DNA of 64,000 nt from Lama guanicoe (Eukaryota). Position 1 is the first letter of the stretch; the number at the start of each line of letters is the position of its first letter. The notes under the pieces were generated by a model. It was not told the DNA's origin. It worked only from the letters and a program-made list of their open reading frames with translations, and searched no databases. The position numbers were made by a program, and so were the translations under genes. Location: contig MU053911.1 in assembly GCA_013239625.1 (NCBI GenBank), positions 819,590-883,589 of the forward strand. The letters run 5' to 3'. Shown piece by piece: positions 47,851-60,829 of the stretch.

Positions 47851-48819
47851 AGTGAACAGGGAAACAACCTTAATATCCATCAGCAGGGAATTGGTTGAAT
47901 AAGTATATGCTGATAAATCCACCCAGCAGTATAGCAATGGTAGAGTTTTCTTAATTAAAAATAAATATACATTCCTAACAATAAAAAAAAGACAATGGAA
48001 TAGGCAAATCACTTGTAAGACTGGTTAAGAAATGAGTATTTAAAAATTATATTTTCTGTTATATTTAAGGAGTCATTGCTGTCATATAAGAAAGCTATAT
48101 TGACTTTGTATTAGCAAGTTGCTGCCCTTCTTTTAAGTTCAAACAGTTTGTAATTTTTAAATTGGCTCCATTTCTGGTAATAGCCAAGTAAGCATCTGTC
48201 AGAATGAGCCTCCCACATATAACAACTATATGCATTTAACAAACAAAAACCAGACAAAGAAATGAGTAAGGAAGGGTAAAGGAAAGAAAAGCAGCACCTG
48301 AGGGCACTGGCAGGTGTAGCAAAGCAGGCCCACCGTGGGGGAGAGCTGACACTTGGAGGAAGGGCCATAGCCCCGGAAAAGTGTCCCCTTTTCAGGCATC
48401 CCAAGGGAATTCTCTCCCACATGAGGCTACTAAAATTCTGAGAAAACCAGCAGCATTTCTGGAGTGAAGAACCAGAGGACAATTCAGGAAACTGCAGTCC
48501 TTGGAAAATTAAGGAGGAGTCCCAGAAAGGAGAGTGCCCAAGAGGCAACCTCCAAACTCTCTGCATAGACTCTCCCCAAACCTTGGCTGACTCTTGAGTC
48601 ACAAGGACTTGAGGCTGACGCCGAGAAGCTCAGTAAAGGTAAGAGGCGGGAACTGAGATCTGAGTCTCCATCCAAGACAGAGCTTTCATCTCAGTGCAAT
48701 CAGGGTTCATCGCCTTGTAAACAAATAAAGACAAGCCACACTTTAAGTTTCTTACAAAAGTATAAGCACGTGGTATTAATTTAAGAGAAGGTATAAGAAC
48801 TTTATGAGAATAATGAACA

Positions 48820-50360
48820 TACAAGGAGTTTGCTGAGAGAGCAGCCCTATTTATCGATGGAAGAACTCAATAGAGTAAAAATGCCAGTTCTTCAAAAATC
48901 AATCTGTAAAGTCAAAGCAATTCTGATTAAAAGTCCAAGAGGGTGTTTCGTTGACAACCTGATTTTTCAATTCATATGGAAAACATTTAAAGAACTAGAA
49001 CAAGGACTTATCATGTGAGAAACCATGCATCTTACAAAGTTGTGTTATATATTGTGTGGCAGTTAGAACCACAAGCAGACAAACGAGAAAGGGCAGAGAG
49101 TGCAGAAAGAAAGCCACGTGTATGGAAACTAGATACATGGATACACAAAAGTGATGCTATAAACCGGGGAAGGAAAGGCTGCAACACTCAGAACAACTGA
49201 ATATTCACAAGGGAAATAGAGTGAAACTACATCCAGACAAAAAAATTAATTTCAGCTTGATGAAAGCTCTAACTGTGAACAGTCAGATTTTTTAAAATTT
49301 AGAAATTAATATAGGAAAATAATTTACATCATCTTGAGGAGTTATTTCTTAAACCAGACAATAAAAAGTACAAACCATAAATGAAAATATGGAATATTCT
49401 AACTTAATTAGAAGTTAAAACTTACTGTATATCAAGAAATGTCACAAACAAGAGTCCAAGTCAACAAAGGAGACAAATCACTACCCGGGGAAGTTATTTA
49501 CTATGCGTACAACCTACAAAGCATCCGAGTCAGTGTCACAGAAAACCAGTGAGATAAGGGCACGCAGCACGCGAGACGCGTGGGCCGAGGAGGGAAAGGC
49601 AAACCGCTGACAAGCTGCTCTTGTAATTCATATGGGAAACGCACTGAAAGAGCTAGAACAAGGACCTGCCACGTAAGCACCAAGACTTGTTAAACTACAC
49701 TGCATATATATGGCAATGAGATCGACAAGGAGACAATGGAGACTGACTTGCTGGAGATCAATACACATTGTCCAACTCAGTTTTCTGGAAAACTCTGCCT
49801 GCTTTACACAATGAGCCACGGACAGGAATGTTCTTAGCAGCATTGCCTCTATCAGCAAAACACTGGAAAAATTCCTAAATGTCCATGAATGGGAAGATGT
49901 ATAAATAAATGGTGGTAAATTATTAAAGGTATAATCACACACCAAAATACTATATGGAAGTTAAAAATAAATAAGCTGATATGCCAAAATGTATAAGTCT
50001 CAAAAACTTAAATTTTTGTGAAAAAAAAGCAAGTTGCAAAATCATAGAGTACAACGTTCGTTATATAAAGTTTTAAACCTTACAAAACTACATTATGTTC
50101 TCTTGATGGACACACAAAGTTATAATGGGAGTATCGAAGCCTGAATGTGAACGGTGGATACAAATGCCCCAGGGTGCTGTGGTCTCTGGAAAGACACAGG
50201 GAAATCAGAAAGACAGACACAGAGGCGTCATGTGCCCCACAGCATGCATTGCCCTAAAAAGACGAAACTGTGGCAAAACGTCCAGATTTAACAAAGCTGA
50301 GTGGTCAGGGCATGGCTCATTGTTTATATCTTTCTATAACTTTCTGTGTATTTGAAATAC
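48820..50360 (+). mobile_element. Ancient LINE-1 ORF2 3' part and 3' UTR (L1ME-like)
   Basis: MEELNRVKMPVLQKSICKVKAILIKSP...IFQFIWK resembles ORF2p; decayed L1M 3' UTR follows. Confidence 0.7.
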
Positions 50361-50389
50361 TGCATTTTACCACAGACATCTCACAGGTC

Positions 50390-50870
50390 AATCAACTGCT
50401 GTCCCCACTCTTAGAATAAAGACTTCAGAGCTCAGCTCCACCTGCGTCTCCTACTCTCCTCCCCATTCTCTCCTTTCCGGACCCTTTGAGTTTCCCCCTG
50501 CCCCTACTTTCCCTGCCTCAGGTGGTCCCGCAAAATGTGCTGTTCCCTCTAAGAACACCTGCGTCTCAGCCCCTCCCTCAGGTAACTGGCTCCCCTCCCA
50601 CAGTGGAGCTCCACACCGTCCCGCAGGAACCATCACGGAACCGGTGAAGTTGTAACCGGTGTCACAACTCCCACACACCGCGAACTTCTCTGTCGTTGCC
50701 CTGATAAACATGAAGTCATTTTATTTCTATGACTGCTTCAAATGTCTGTTCTGTAAATCCTACGAGAGCAAAGAAAACACCTGTTCTGTTCACCATTTAG
50801 ATCCAGCACGAGGACTGCTGGGACGCAGTGTTTGCTCAGCTGATGTGTTGGAAGAACGTGAACAGAGGAA
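50390..50870 (+). mobile_element. L2 LINE 3' remnant
   Basis: CTGTAAATCCTACGAGAGCAAAGAAAACACCTGTTCTGTTCACCATTTAGATCCAGCAC...TGCTCAGCTGATGTGTTGGAAGAACGTGAA resembles the L2 terminus. Confidence 0.5.
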
Positions 50871-52003
50871 AGGGAGGGAAGGAAGGAGGCACCACAAGTG
50901 AAGTGTCACATCCACATGCAGTCAGAACCACCTGCAGGTGCCACAGGCAAGCCATCATTGAAGAGCTGTGGGGATTCTCCAGTGGCCAAACTCTTGCTAA
51001 AATGAGGGAACCGAGGCTCCCAAGAAGTTGACCTTCTAATCACCCAGCTACCGGCAGGGCCAGACCTCGAGTCCAGAGCCCCCACGTGATGGTCTCCTCT
51101 GACCACCTACAAAGGCACCAATTGGCACTTTAATCTTGGAGCAAGTTTTGCCCCTGTGTTTGTCCTAAGTGTGCTCGATGTTTATTAGAGGTTCTGTATA
51201 TACCAGAAGCAAAACACTTCCGTTTGACTACGGGTGCTTAGTATTCTGCTATTCAACCGACTTCACACTTCCTGTCTTTTAGTTGTCACACAAATATAGA
51301 GAAATGAGTCCTACAGTCATGACCTTGTGAAAAAGACAGGCTGTGCGATTTTTGTGGTAACCTGCCCCCCAACAGATGTCCTCCTGAGACACCTGCGTTG
51401 AACGTCCGTTCCAGGCATCAGGGAGAAAGTGGATATTCATTTGCTGAGCACTCGGGCCGTGATGAATTGCTGGCCGGGATGTGAGTCAAGCGGAGGAGCA
51501 AGGACAAAATAAGCAAGATCACGTCCCGGACAACTTCGGTTCCTTAAAGCCCGCACTGAGAAGAGCCTGGGGGCTGCTGGCTTTGGCCTGTGTTCTCCGG
51601 CGCTCCGTGATCTGCAATCACGGACTTATAATTACATGTTTCCAGCGGGGGCCCAGCTGCATGATTAAGGGTTTCTGCTAAATTGGCCCCTTGTGGATTA
51701 GTCATTATTTTAGCATGCACTGTAACAACACATTCAATAGTGTATTCGTACATATAAAAGTTTGAAAAGAAATTATTCTGTTAATACCACGCATCAGTTC
51801 AATGAATGAAGCCATTAATTTAAGTGAAGTCTAATGAGGCCAAACAGGTTTTAAAACTTGGATCTGCTGAAACACACATACTCACACCCACGCTCACACT
51901 CACACACGCGCGCCTTAATTGGTGACTGAGGTAGTGAATGCCTTTTTCAGAAGGTAGATTTAAAGAAGAAGGCTGTTCCTGGAGGGTTTCAAAGCTCTTT
52001 TGT

Positions 52004-52137
52004 TTTGGTTTTGGGGTTTTGGGGGGTAGGTAATTAGGCTTATTTACTTACTTACTTTAAATGGAGGCACTGGGGACGGAACCCAGGACCTTGTGCGTGC
52101 TGAGCATGTGCTCTACCACTGAGCTGCACCCTGCCCC
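52004..52137 (-). mobile_element. vic-1-like SINE with 16-bp TSD
   Basis: tRNA-Ala head on the minus strand; TTCAAAGCTCTTTTGT (51988-52003) / TTCAACGCTCTTTTGT (52138-52153). Confidence 0.92.
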
Positions 52138-52179
52138 TTCAACGCTCTTTTGTATTTTGAAATCCAAGAACAAATTATG

Positions 52180-52380
52180 TAAACTTGGGTGTGTGCTCTG
52201 TGCCGAGCACGATACTAAGCACTTCCTACGCACTAAGTACCCTACGTAATTCTTATAAGGCCTTATGAAACAGGCAAGTTTCTTACTCCACTTTATAGTT
52301 AATAAATTGAAGTGTTCCTGCCCAGAAGTTATCTGACTCTAAAACCTGTCACCTGTCTGCCTAACCACACCGCGAACTGC
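52180..52380 (-). mobile_element. MIR SINE remnant
   Basis: TGTGCCGAGCACGATACTAAGCACTTCC...TAATTCTTATAAGGCCTTATGAAACAGG...CTCCACTTTATAG. Confidence 0.55.
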
Positions 52381-54574
52381 TTCACCAGCCCCACTCTGCT
52401 CCCCCAGAACTGTCTCAGGCACACACACACGCACACCCCAGAGTTCATTTTCACAGGTATACAGTGGAAATCTGACATGAAAACCTTTCACTAGCGTGTT
52501 TGAAAAGAAAGGCAGGCACAGTAAAAGCAGACCTATCCGCTGGTTTGCCCAGGATCCAGAATGATTAATCCAACTTTCCCCTCTGTGTCCTAATTCTGAG
52601 CACGTGGCTGCACACGTTGTAGCCCCATCCATTAGAATCTAATGTCCAGACAGTTCAAGAGATGTTTGTGCCTGAACGTCACCAATTCAGAGCATTGGCA
52701 GAGCTACCTATCCCCCCCCGGGGATAAAGAGCCATGTCCGGCAGAGACGGCATGTTCACCATAAAATAAGTAGAGCTGGGGGTTTCATGGCAACCACCCA
52801 CTAAGTGACTCATTTTCAGTTTCGGGGACCACACGACTCATAAACATGAGTGAGGAGACAGCAACCCATGTCTGAGAAGAAAAGCTAATTTCCTACCATT
52901 TCTCTGAGTGCCAGAAGCCCTGCAAAGGGAAGCAGCCCATTTCCTCGTGTTGGATAGGAGTTCAAATGCCCTAACTGAATCCTGCGTGTCCAGGATTCCC
53001 GAACAACTTTCACAGCCACAAAATACCCAATTTGAAAGGCGTCCTGAGCTCATATGAATGTTAAAAGCGAGGCAGGTGCTGGTCCATGCACATCAAAAGA
53101 GAATTTCAGATGTGGAAGTGAGTTTCCTTCTTGTCTTAAGTAGGATTAGAACAAACAAACAAACAAAAAATGGTACCAAACTTACAGAGGAAAAACAGAA
53201 TTAAATGGAAGAAAACTCCAGATACTTCCACGAATTTTCAAATATATCTTTTGTCCTTTTTGCTGTCTCCTTTTCACACCCCTGCCAGGAAAAAAAAAAA
53301 CAAAAAACAAAACCTCTTAACTGGGCAGGGACCAGAGTCACCACCTTCAGTGCTCAGATCCAGATTCAGTGATCAGGACTTCCAAGCTAAGGCAGTGGCT
53401 TCACCGTCAGACAGAGGATGGCCGCCCCGCATCATTCACTGGATGCTCTGGACGCTCATCTCTGCGACACAAAACTCTGCAGGAAGACGGGCACCGACAC
53501 AGGCGAAGGTCCCATCTCCTGTCTTCCCCTCGCTGGCCATGTGATTCCGACACTGGATTAATCTGCCTGAGTCTCGGCTTCTTTGGTTACAAATAAGAGC
53601 TGTCCCACCTACCTTACAACACACAAATCACGAACAGCGCTGGACAGACACACAGTCCGCTGCCCATGACAAAGAGCAGCTCGTGTGACTTGAGTCGACC
53701 CGAGGAGGAGAGTTTTCAGAGCACCTCAAAGAACAGCACCTTGGAGTCAAGGAATTTTAGGATCGGAGGACACTTATAGGTCCTTCTGGTACAACCCCTT
53801 CATTTTAAGGAAGAGGAAACAGAGTTTTACTCTCCATTGGGATGCCTTCAGATTCAATGGGAGCCCATTAAAGTAAGAACTGATAAACCGGTTCCAAAAC
53901 ATGATCTTGACACACAGGGAAGTCCTTGACTGACAAGGCAAAGCAAGGGCTCCGTCAGTCTCTAGTGGAAGAATGACTTCATAGACGGGTGCTGCCAATA
54001 CAAATCTTATAATCCCCCGTTTCTCAGGAGAACTCAAGGTCAGCCCATTGTGTTCCACCAAGGCGTCTGGCCACTTGGCCTCCACGTCACTGGCACTAAA
54101 ACAGGGGTTCTTCTTCCAGTGGTTCACATCCAGGCCTCCCCATCAGAGCCCCAGTTATTACAACTATGTAAAAAAAATGCCATTTATTCCCATTGCTGAA
54201 TTTCAGTCTTTTTAAATTAGCTCTCTCCCTGAGAAGTTACGGAGTGGAGAGAAATGCCTGCCATGCAAGTTCCTCCCCAGACAAGGCAGGCAGCTGACCA
54301 CAGAATGACAGAGTCTATGAGCTGGGCCTTAATCCTGCACCCCCGTCGTGGACAGAATCCCACCTACAACGTGGAGGACTTGGTTTTCCCATCTCAGAAT
54401 GGGTTCAGGCTTTCCCTGTTTGACAAAGACATCCGTTCCACTTTCAGATGGCTCTGTTTCACAGAAAGATTTCTTTTTTCCCCTAAAATCCGTCTCCCCC
54501 AAACTTCTCCCCATGGTTCCTGGTTCTTACCCTGGAGCTTGGATCTTGACATATTAATCATATTTTTAATTTTC

Positions 54575-54990
54575 TGTATTTGATGGTGTTTGACATTGTC
54601 AGGGGAAGTGCCCCTCCCAGGGCTAGTTAATTCCTAAAAGCAACGTTTCTCGTATACAAACCGACAGATCTCGAGTCCACACCCACCAGCAACTCGGTTA
54701 TCTGACTCTCAGCCCCAAGCCAGTATGTCCCCTGCCCTACATCAGCCTAAGGCTGGGTACCAGACACCAGGGACACCCCAGGTCCCAGAGCCTGCTGGAG
54801 TTGTTCTAGCAAGCTAGTCCTGGGCTGTGTCCCTGCCGCACTGTCTTTCCCGTAGGAGACGCAGTGAGGGTATGGCCATGCTCTCCCCTCCCTCTCCTCT
54901 GCCTCCCCAGGTGGCCCTGCGTGGCCCCCAGGCCCCTCCCCTCAGGCTCTGTAAGTAAGGGCAGTCTTCTCTCACTGGCCCCTCTGTGGT
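54575..54990 (+). mobile_element. Ancient ERV-type solo LTR remnant (family not assigned)
   Basis: GCCCCTCCCAGGGCTAGTTAATTCCTA...CCCCTGCCCTACATCAGCCTAAGGCTGGGTACCAGACACCAGGGACA...CCCAGAGCCTGCTG resembles a recalled eutherian LTR consensus. Confidence 0.55.
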
Positions 54991-55414
54991 CACCTTGCCA
55001 CCCCTGTGAATTAAAATGGGCACAGCCATTGAGATGCCGGCTGCCCTGTCCCTCCCAAACCACCCCTTGACGCCCTGGACCCTTGTCCTCCACCAGCTTT
55101 CTCAGGACTGCAGTCCCCCAGGCAGGGTCTGGCCATCTCAGATGCTGAAGGGCGTTTAACTGTTTCACCGGGAGCAGTGTGCTTTTGTCAACTCAGACAT
55201 CATCCTTTTCAGGAACTAGTTTACGCTACTGGTTAAAATAAAGGTTTCTTGTTCAAAAAACCTGCAGCTGCATTTCACAGGACTGTTTGATCAAGTAAAC
55301 TTTCTCAGTTCTTATTTGCTAAACTGATTAGTTCAACTTAATGTTAAAATTTATCATTATTTCCAATGAATGTGCAGTTACCTAAAAGGACAAGCAAGAT
55401 ACCTCTACCATAGT

Positions 55415-55600
55415 GTTATATTTTATTTATTTATTTATTATATAAATACTTATTTATTTATATTTATATATTTATTTATCGTATTGATTAGTATATATAT
55501 TGATTATGTATTAGTATGTATTGTATACTATAAATAAAATACCATTGCTATTAATTATATAATAAGCATCTGTAAGTTATGTAATGTATTTTGTTATAGT
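55415..55600. repeat. AT-rich low-complexity tract
   Basis: (TTTA)n/(TA)n-like degenerate run. Confidence 0.85.
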
Positions 55601-55602
55601 AT

Positions 55603-55895
55603 TCTTTTTTACTGAGCTGTAATTGAGATACAGCACTGTATCGGCTTCAGATGTAGGACACAATGGCAGAATATTTGCATATATTATGAATTGATCACCA
55701 CCGTCCGTTTGGTCAGCATCCACTGCCAGGCTTAGTGACAAACATTGTTTTCTTGTGAGGAGGGTGTTTAAGGTCTGATCTCCTGGCAACTTTCAAATAG
55801 GCAGCACAGGACGGTCACCTCCAGCCACCTTACATCCCCAAGACGCTCTTATTGCATAACTGGAAATGTGTGCCCTTTGACCCCCTTCACTCACA
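55603..55895 (-). mobile_element. LINE-1 3' end
   Basis: TTTTTTACTGAGCTGTAATTGAGATACAGCACTGTATCGGCTTCAGATGTAGG...ATAACTGGAAATGTGTGCCCTTTGACCCCCTTCAC. Confidence 0.8.
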
Positions 55896-55939
55896 GGACA
55901 TTATTCTTAAGTCATAAACAACTTCGATGACACGAACAG

Positions 55940-56420
55940 TGCCCACGGCCAGAGCCTTCGGCGCTGCTCGGTCGGTGCCGGACGCGCTCCCCGCCGGCAG
56001 GCCCCCCGCGCAGCGCCGCCTGGCAGGTCAGCGCCGCCCGCCAGGCTTTCGGCCCCAAGAGCAGCGCAGCCGCGCGCAGGCTTCAGTCCCGCATTGTCTG
56101 TCTTGTTTGTTACGTCTTGTTTCCGTTGTTTGTGTTTCCATCTCCCAGTTAAACAGTTCGAGCCCCCGCGTCTCTCTGTACACACCCCCGACCTGGTGCC
56201 TGGCCGGGGAGGCTCCGGGACTGGTTCCCACCGATTCTGCGTCAGACCGCGGTCGTCCATCCGTCCCGCCGCCCGGTCCGCCTGGATTTGCACGGATCCC
56301 TTCTTGGTCCTCGGGCGCCGTTGACAAACGCAGTGAGACACACGAGGCTGTAACTTTGCCCCGGACCCTGCTCTCCTTGCGATGACGCTGGCGGCGGGAG
56401 GTACGGTTGCTCTAACCGGC
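55940..56420. promoter_or_regulatory. CpG-rich segment
   Basis: Dense CpG with an embedded TGTTT-rich stretch at 56095-56140. Confidence 0.45.
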
Positions 56421-56691
56421 CCCTCCTTCCGACGTCTCCCCTGCCCACACCACGTGCTCCCTAAGGGTCAGCATTACTTCTCCTGAGGGTCTGCACGGAC
56501 CCCCACGTCCCACCACGAGAGAACTCATCAGTGACTTTTAACATTATGATCACATCACGACGTCCCTAACAGTAACCCTTTTATCAACAAAACGTGGGGG
56601 GGGGGCATGAGTCTGCTTCCTTTTCCTTGTGTACCAGCCAGGCTCGCTGCTTCTATCCTGAGCACGCTCCACCGCACTGGATAACACACTT

Positions 56692-56850
56692 GGGGGATAG
56701 CTCAGGGGTGGAGTGTGCACTTAGCATGCGCCAGGTCCTGGGTTCAATCTTCACGCCTCCATTAAAAATAAATAAATAAATAAACTTAATTAACCCCCAA
56801 ATAAATAAATTGTACACAATATAAAATAAATATTCTAAAAACTTTTTAAA
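56692..56850 (+). mobile_element. vic-1-like SINE
   Basis: GGGGGATAGCTCAGGGGTGGAGTGTGCACTTAGCATGCGCCAGGTCCTGGGTTCAATC...CCTCCATTAAAAATAAATAAA. Confidence 0.88.
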
Positions 56851-59416
56851 ATATATTCGTTTCATAGATGCAGACTGTGTTTACATTCCATCATACTAAT
56901 GCCTGAAACACCAATGGTGTTTTTTAATTTACCAAAAAAAAAAACTTTCACAAACTATGAGGATGCAGTGAAGATGTCAGCTCGAGAAGGCACAGGAAAT
57001 GGAATGGCTGAACCTAAACCAGGTCTTCGGTCTGTGCGTCCAGAGCCCCGTGTGCACTCACCACGGCAGCAACCTGTCAGCGAGGGCACTGAGGCCCTGT
57101 GGATGCTCAGAAGTGTGTAGAAGCCGTCAGCCGTAAGTGGAGATCGGGCCCGTGTCAAGGGTTTGGGGGGTCTCCTGCTGGCACCCGCGTGTCCCTCCTG
57201 CATTTCAATCCCACCACCCCGCCGCCCCGCCGTGCAGCTTCTTCCCAGAGTAGCCGTCAGCATCCCTGACTGCAAAGATGAAAGCAATGAAACATATATT
57301 TACGTGCGCAGGACTTTACAGTCCTCACAATATTCTTCCTCTTGCAACTTTTGACCTGGCGAATCTCTCCAGAAGAAGACTTCAGGCTGCAGCCTTCAGC
57401 ACAGAAAGCACTGCAGAAAGCCCTCCCAGAGCCACGAAAGCAGAACCTGTAACACCTGGTGGGCAGGGAGGGGCGCGTTTACAGCTCCCGGGCAGAGCCG
57501 CACACCGCTGCTCAGAGCTGGGCCTCCGGGGCACTGCTTCAAAGCCCTGCCTCCCCCACGCCCAAGCCTGTTCACAATAGTCTCTCTGGTCCACGGACCT
57601 TGCCACAGGTAGTGAAGTGTGAATGATGATAACCTAAGAAAAGAGAGAAACCGAAATTCCCATCGCTGAAGAAAGGCTCACGTCAGCCCTCGGGGGGAGA
57701 CGCGCAGGGTTAATTATGTTGTAGGAGTCGACGTCTTTCTCCATTTCCCTTTCCAGCAGTTTTGCAAATACACTTTTCCACATTTTTCAAGAAATGTAAG
57801 AACTCCCAAGTTCCGCGGCCAGAAACGCCTGACAGTCTCTGATAGCTGAGTAATGGATGGGGCGGCACTGTTTACTTAGCAGGGGGAGAGAAAAACAGGG
57901 CGATACTGCCGTCCAGATAGCATGCCGGCATCTGACATCCTCTCGCACCAGTCCTGGTGAGACATGTATTCGGGCCTCCCATCTTCTTTTTCCTGCGAAC
58001 AAAATGTGTGTTGGAAACAACGGTTCAGGATGAAGTTTACGATCATCGGTCCTGTCCCGTAGAGCTAACCCCACGATTCCGCTCCTGCTCCCTTCAGTGA
58101 GGGGACGAGACCTGAAACACAGACTTCCAAGCCTTTCCTTCCCCCAAACCTCCAATTTCCTCCTGCACAGACCCGAAGGAGACTTCGCCTGAGATACTGT
58201 ACAGTTTTCCCGGCTGGAAAATGCCTCCAGTGTGACCACATGTTCACTTATTGGAAAACTGATTAAAACGTTGCAAGCAAAGGTTGGAGCATTAACAAAG
58301 GTTTAATCAATCATTAGCAAAGGTTGAAGATTTTCTTTAATAAAGTTCAGTACTTCCCGGCTGATTAATCCACGTTGCCGTGTCCGTCTGCGGGGCCAGC
58401 CGCACCGGGGCGCCGGGGCTGCGGGCTGTCAGGGCTTTGACTTCTCAGCGAACCCTCCCCGGAAACTCTCCCACTGAGCCTGTCACAGATCCCTAAAATT
58501 CCACCATTAGAGATTCACTCTTTTGGTTCTGGAGACATTTACAACCCTAGGGGCCCTATTAAAATGCAAAAAAAAAAAAAAAAAACTCTGAGAGGAATAA
58601 CAGCAGAGAAAGCTATTACTGACTGACAGCGAGGAGGCCCTTGGGAATCGGACACAGCCCGGAGCCTGAGGATTGACTACTGGAAACCAGGACGGAGGAG
58701 AGGGCTGTGAGACACAGCAAAAAAAGACTTTACCTACCTGACAATTTCCCGGAGCGAGGCAGCCCTGCCTCTGGTGTTCCCTGCGCTCGTGGAACCCCAC
58801 CCGAGGTGGGGTGACGGGCACAGTATGAGCAATTCACTTCCAGCTGTGCTAAAGGGAAAGCCACAGTGACACAGCGAGTGCTCATGCACAGGTCTGACTC
58901 GGCCGAGGGTGTTTAATCAGGACGCCGCCCCGGACCTTCTCCTCCAGCGCTCTGAAGTCGCCGCTCGGGTTTGTCAATAAGCAATGCAGCTAAGTCATGT
59001 GAGGATGCGCCCCTGCTCCCCCCCTCACCCCCTGGGAAGGACACATCGGGGCCTCCATGCTGGCGCTGGCCACGCGTGCAGGCTGTGCCTCAGTTTGGAG
59101 GCAGCCATGTGGGCATTTGTTTCAAGCTGTAGATTTCATATACACCAGGAGTCCTTCTTTAGAAAACCCAAAAGTGACCAAAATGAATAAGGTCTCCAAA
59201 AGAGAGGACCTTGGAAATTACTGAAAGCTGGCTTTCTGAATTTCAGAAAGATTCGTCTCCATCCAACAAGGTGCCGATTTGCAGCAGCAGAAAATGTTCT
59301 TGGAGCAAAGTGTCCCCACCCTTCAGGGAGGCTACCTTCCTTGAAAGAGTCATGTGGACGCTAAAGGGTGAAAAAATGCCAACAAAGATGAAATTCTGAT
59401 CATTGTGTCTTGGTTG

Positions 59417-59419
<3 letters not shown>

Positions 59420-59447
<28 letters not shown>
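59420..59447. repeat. (TG)n microsatellite
   Basis: Uninterrupted TG run. Confidence 0.95.
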
Positions 59448-59829
59448 AACATGTTTAAAGATATCGGTGAACAGTGGGAAAAATTAGAGTGGGAGCTTAG
59501 CTTTTCCCAGAAAAATAACTTGAAGTATTGGAAGGCGCTGTGTCTGCAGGAGGGCAGGGGGGGCTTGAGGCAGTGAGTTTTAGACTTTTTCTGTGAGCCT
59601 GGAGTGGGGCTGTGGAGGTACTTTTGTGTCCTGCTCGTCATTGTGGTGTTGTCATCTTGTGGCAGACAGGAGGGCTTGGCTCACACCCAGACTCCCTGTC
59701 AGAGCCGCGGCGAGGTGCCCTGGCCGCATCAGCGAGGGCCTCTGCCCAGGAGAGGGCCATGGTCTGGGGAAGACAGCCAGTCCCTAGGGAGTTAAGTGGC
59801 TAGGCCTTAAGAAATCTGTCGAGTCTAGA

Positions 59830-59919
59830 GGGGAGGGCACAGCTCAGTGGAAGAACACATGCTTAGCATGCACGAGGTCCTGGGTTCAATCCCCAGTACC
59901 TCCATTTAAAAAAAAAAAA
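59830..59919 (+). mobile_element. Short-form vic-1-like SINE (tRNA head + poly-A)
   Basis: GGGGAGGGCACAGCTCAGTGGAAGAACACATGCTTAGCATGCACGAGGTCCTGGGTTCAATCCCCAGTACCTCCATTT followed by an A run. Confidence 0.9.
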
Positions 59920-60829
59920 TCTATTTCTTCAAATCTCGCTGCAGTGTGTTCCCGCTAAGTGAACAACCACGTGGCTGCAGCTAATTACAGATGGATGGTT
60001 GTGTTCCTGAGGTTGTGGCCTTGTTTTAACAAGAGTTCTATTTCTGTAGAGAAAGTCTAGCCAAGTTCCCTTTGCCGCCCAAATCAGTTCCCTGAGCCTG
60101 AGTACAATCTTCCACTGACCCACCTACACCAATACAGGTGCCCCTTGAACAAGAGGTGCCCCCTTTCTGACACCCCGGAAGAGCAAAACACAAAAATCAG
60201 AAGCACCTGAGAAAAATCCAGCAAAATCCTAGGCCCATGGAAGCCTCGGGAAGCCCGTGTACTACAAGAAAAGCCTCAAAAAGGATGTCTTCCTGACATG
60301 TCCTCCTCCAGGCGCAGAGAAGGAGCAAGGGTTCCCAGGACCCCTGAAGTCGCCTCTGAAGCCACTTCTGAGAGAAGCAATAATGAATCCAGTGTCTAGA
60401 GTCGTCAGAATTCCCACCCTGGGTGTGCGTACAGGTGTCTCATGACTCACAGGCAGTGTCACCTGTTGCTGATACCGCGAGAAGCCCTCACTCCATCATC
60501 AAATACTGAGTACCTGTTAGGTACCGAGGAAAGTGCTGAATACCAGGGAGGAAAAATTAAGGGCAAGCGCCTGCCCTTTGGTCCAGGCTGGGAAACATTC
60601 AGCAAAGTAACTACAGAACCAAATACTAAGTCGCACCAGATGTGGGCACGAAGTGCTGTGAGCTTTGAAAGCTGTCATTCTGAGAATTATGACTACATAT
60701 CGTGACTAACTTCCAATAATACCTAATAATAATAATTACTCCGCAATGAGCAGTCTCTCAGCGGCACGCACACACATGCCACCTACTTCACTCTTCACAG
60801 CACCCCCGAGATAAGCGCTGTAATCAAGC

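Noticed and set aside
59830..59905. Possible tRNA-Ala gene (also the other SINE heads)
   Set aside because: Extra GGGGAGG 5' extension, disrupted stems, A-rich tails and TSDs show SINE copies rather than functional tRNAs
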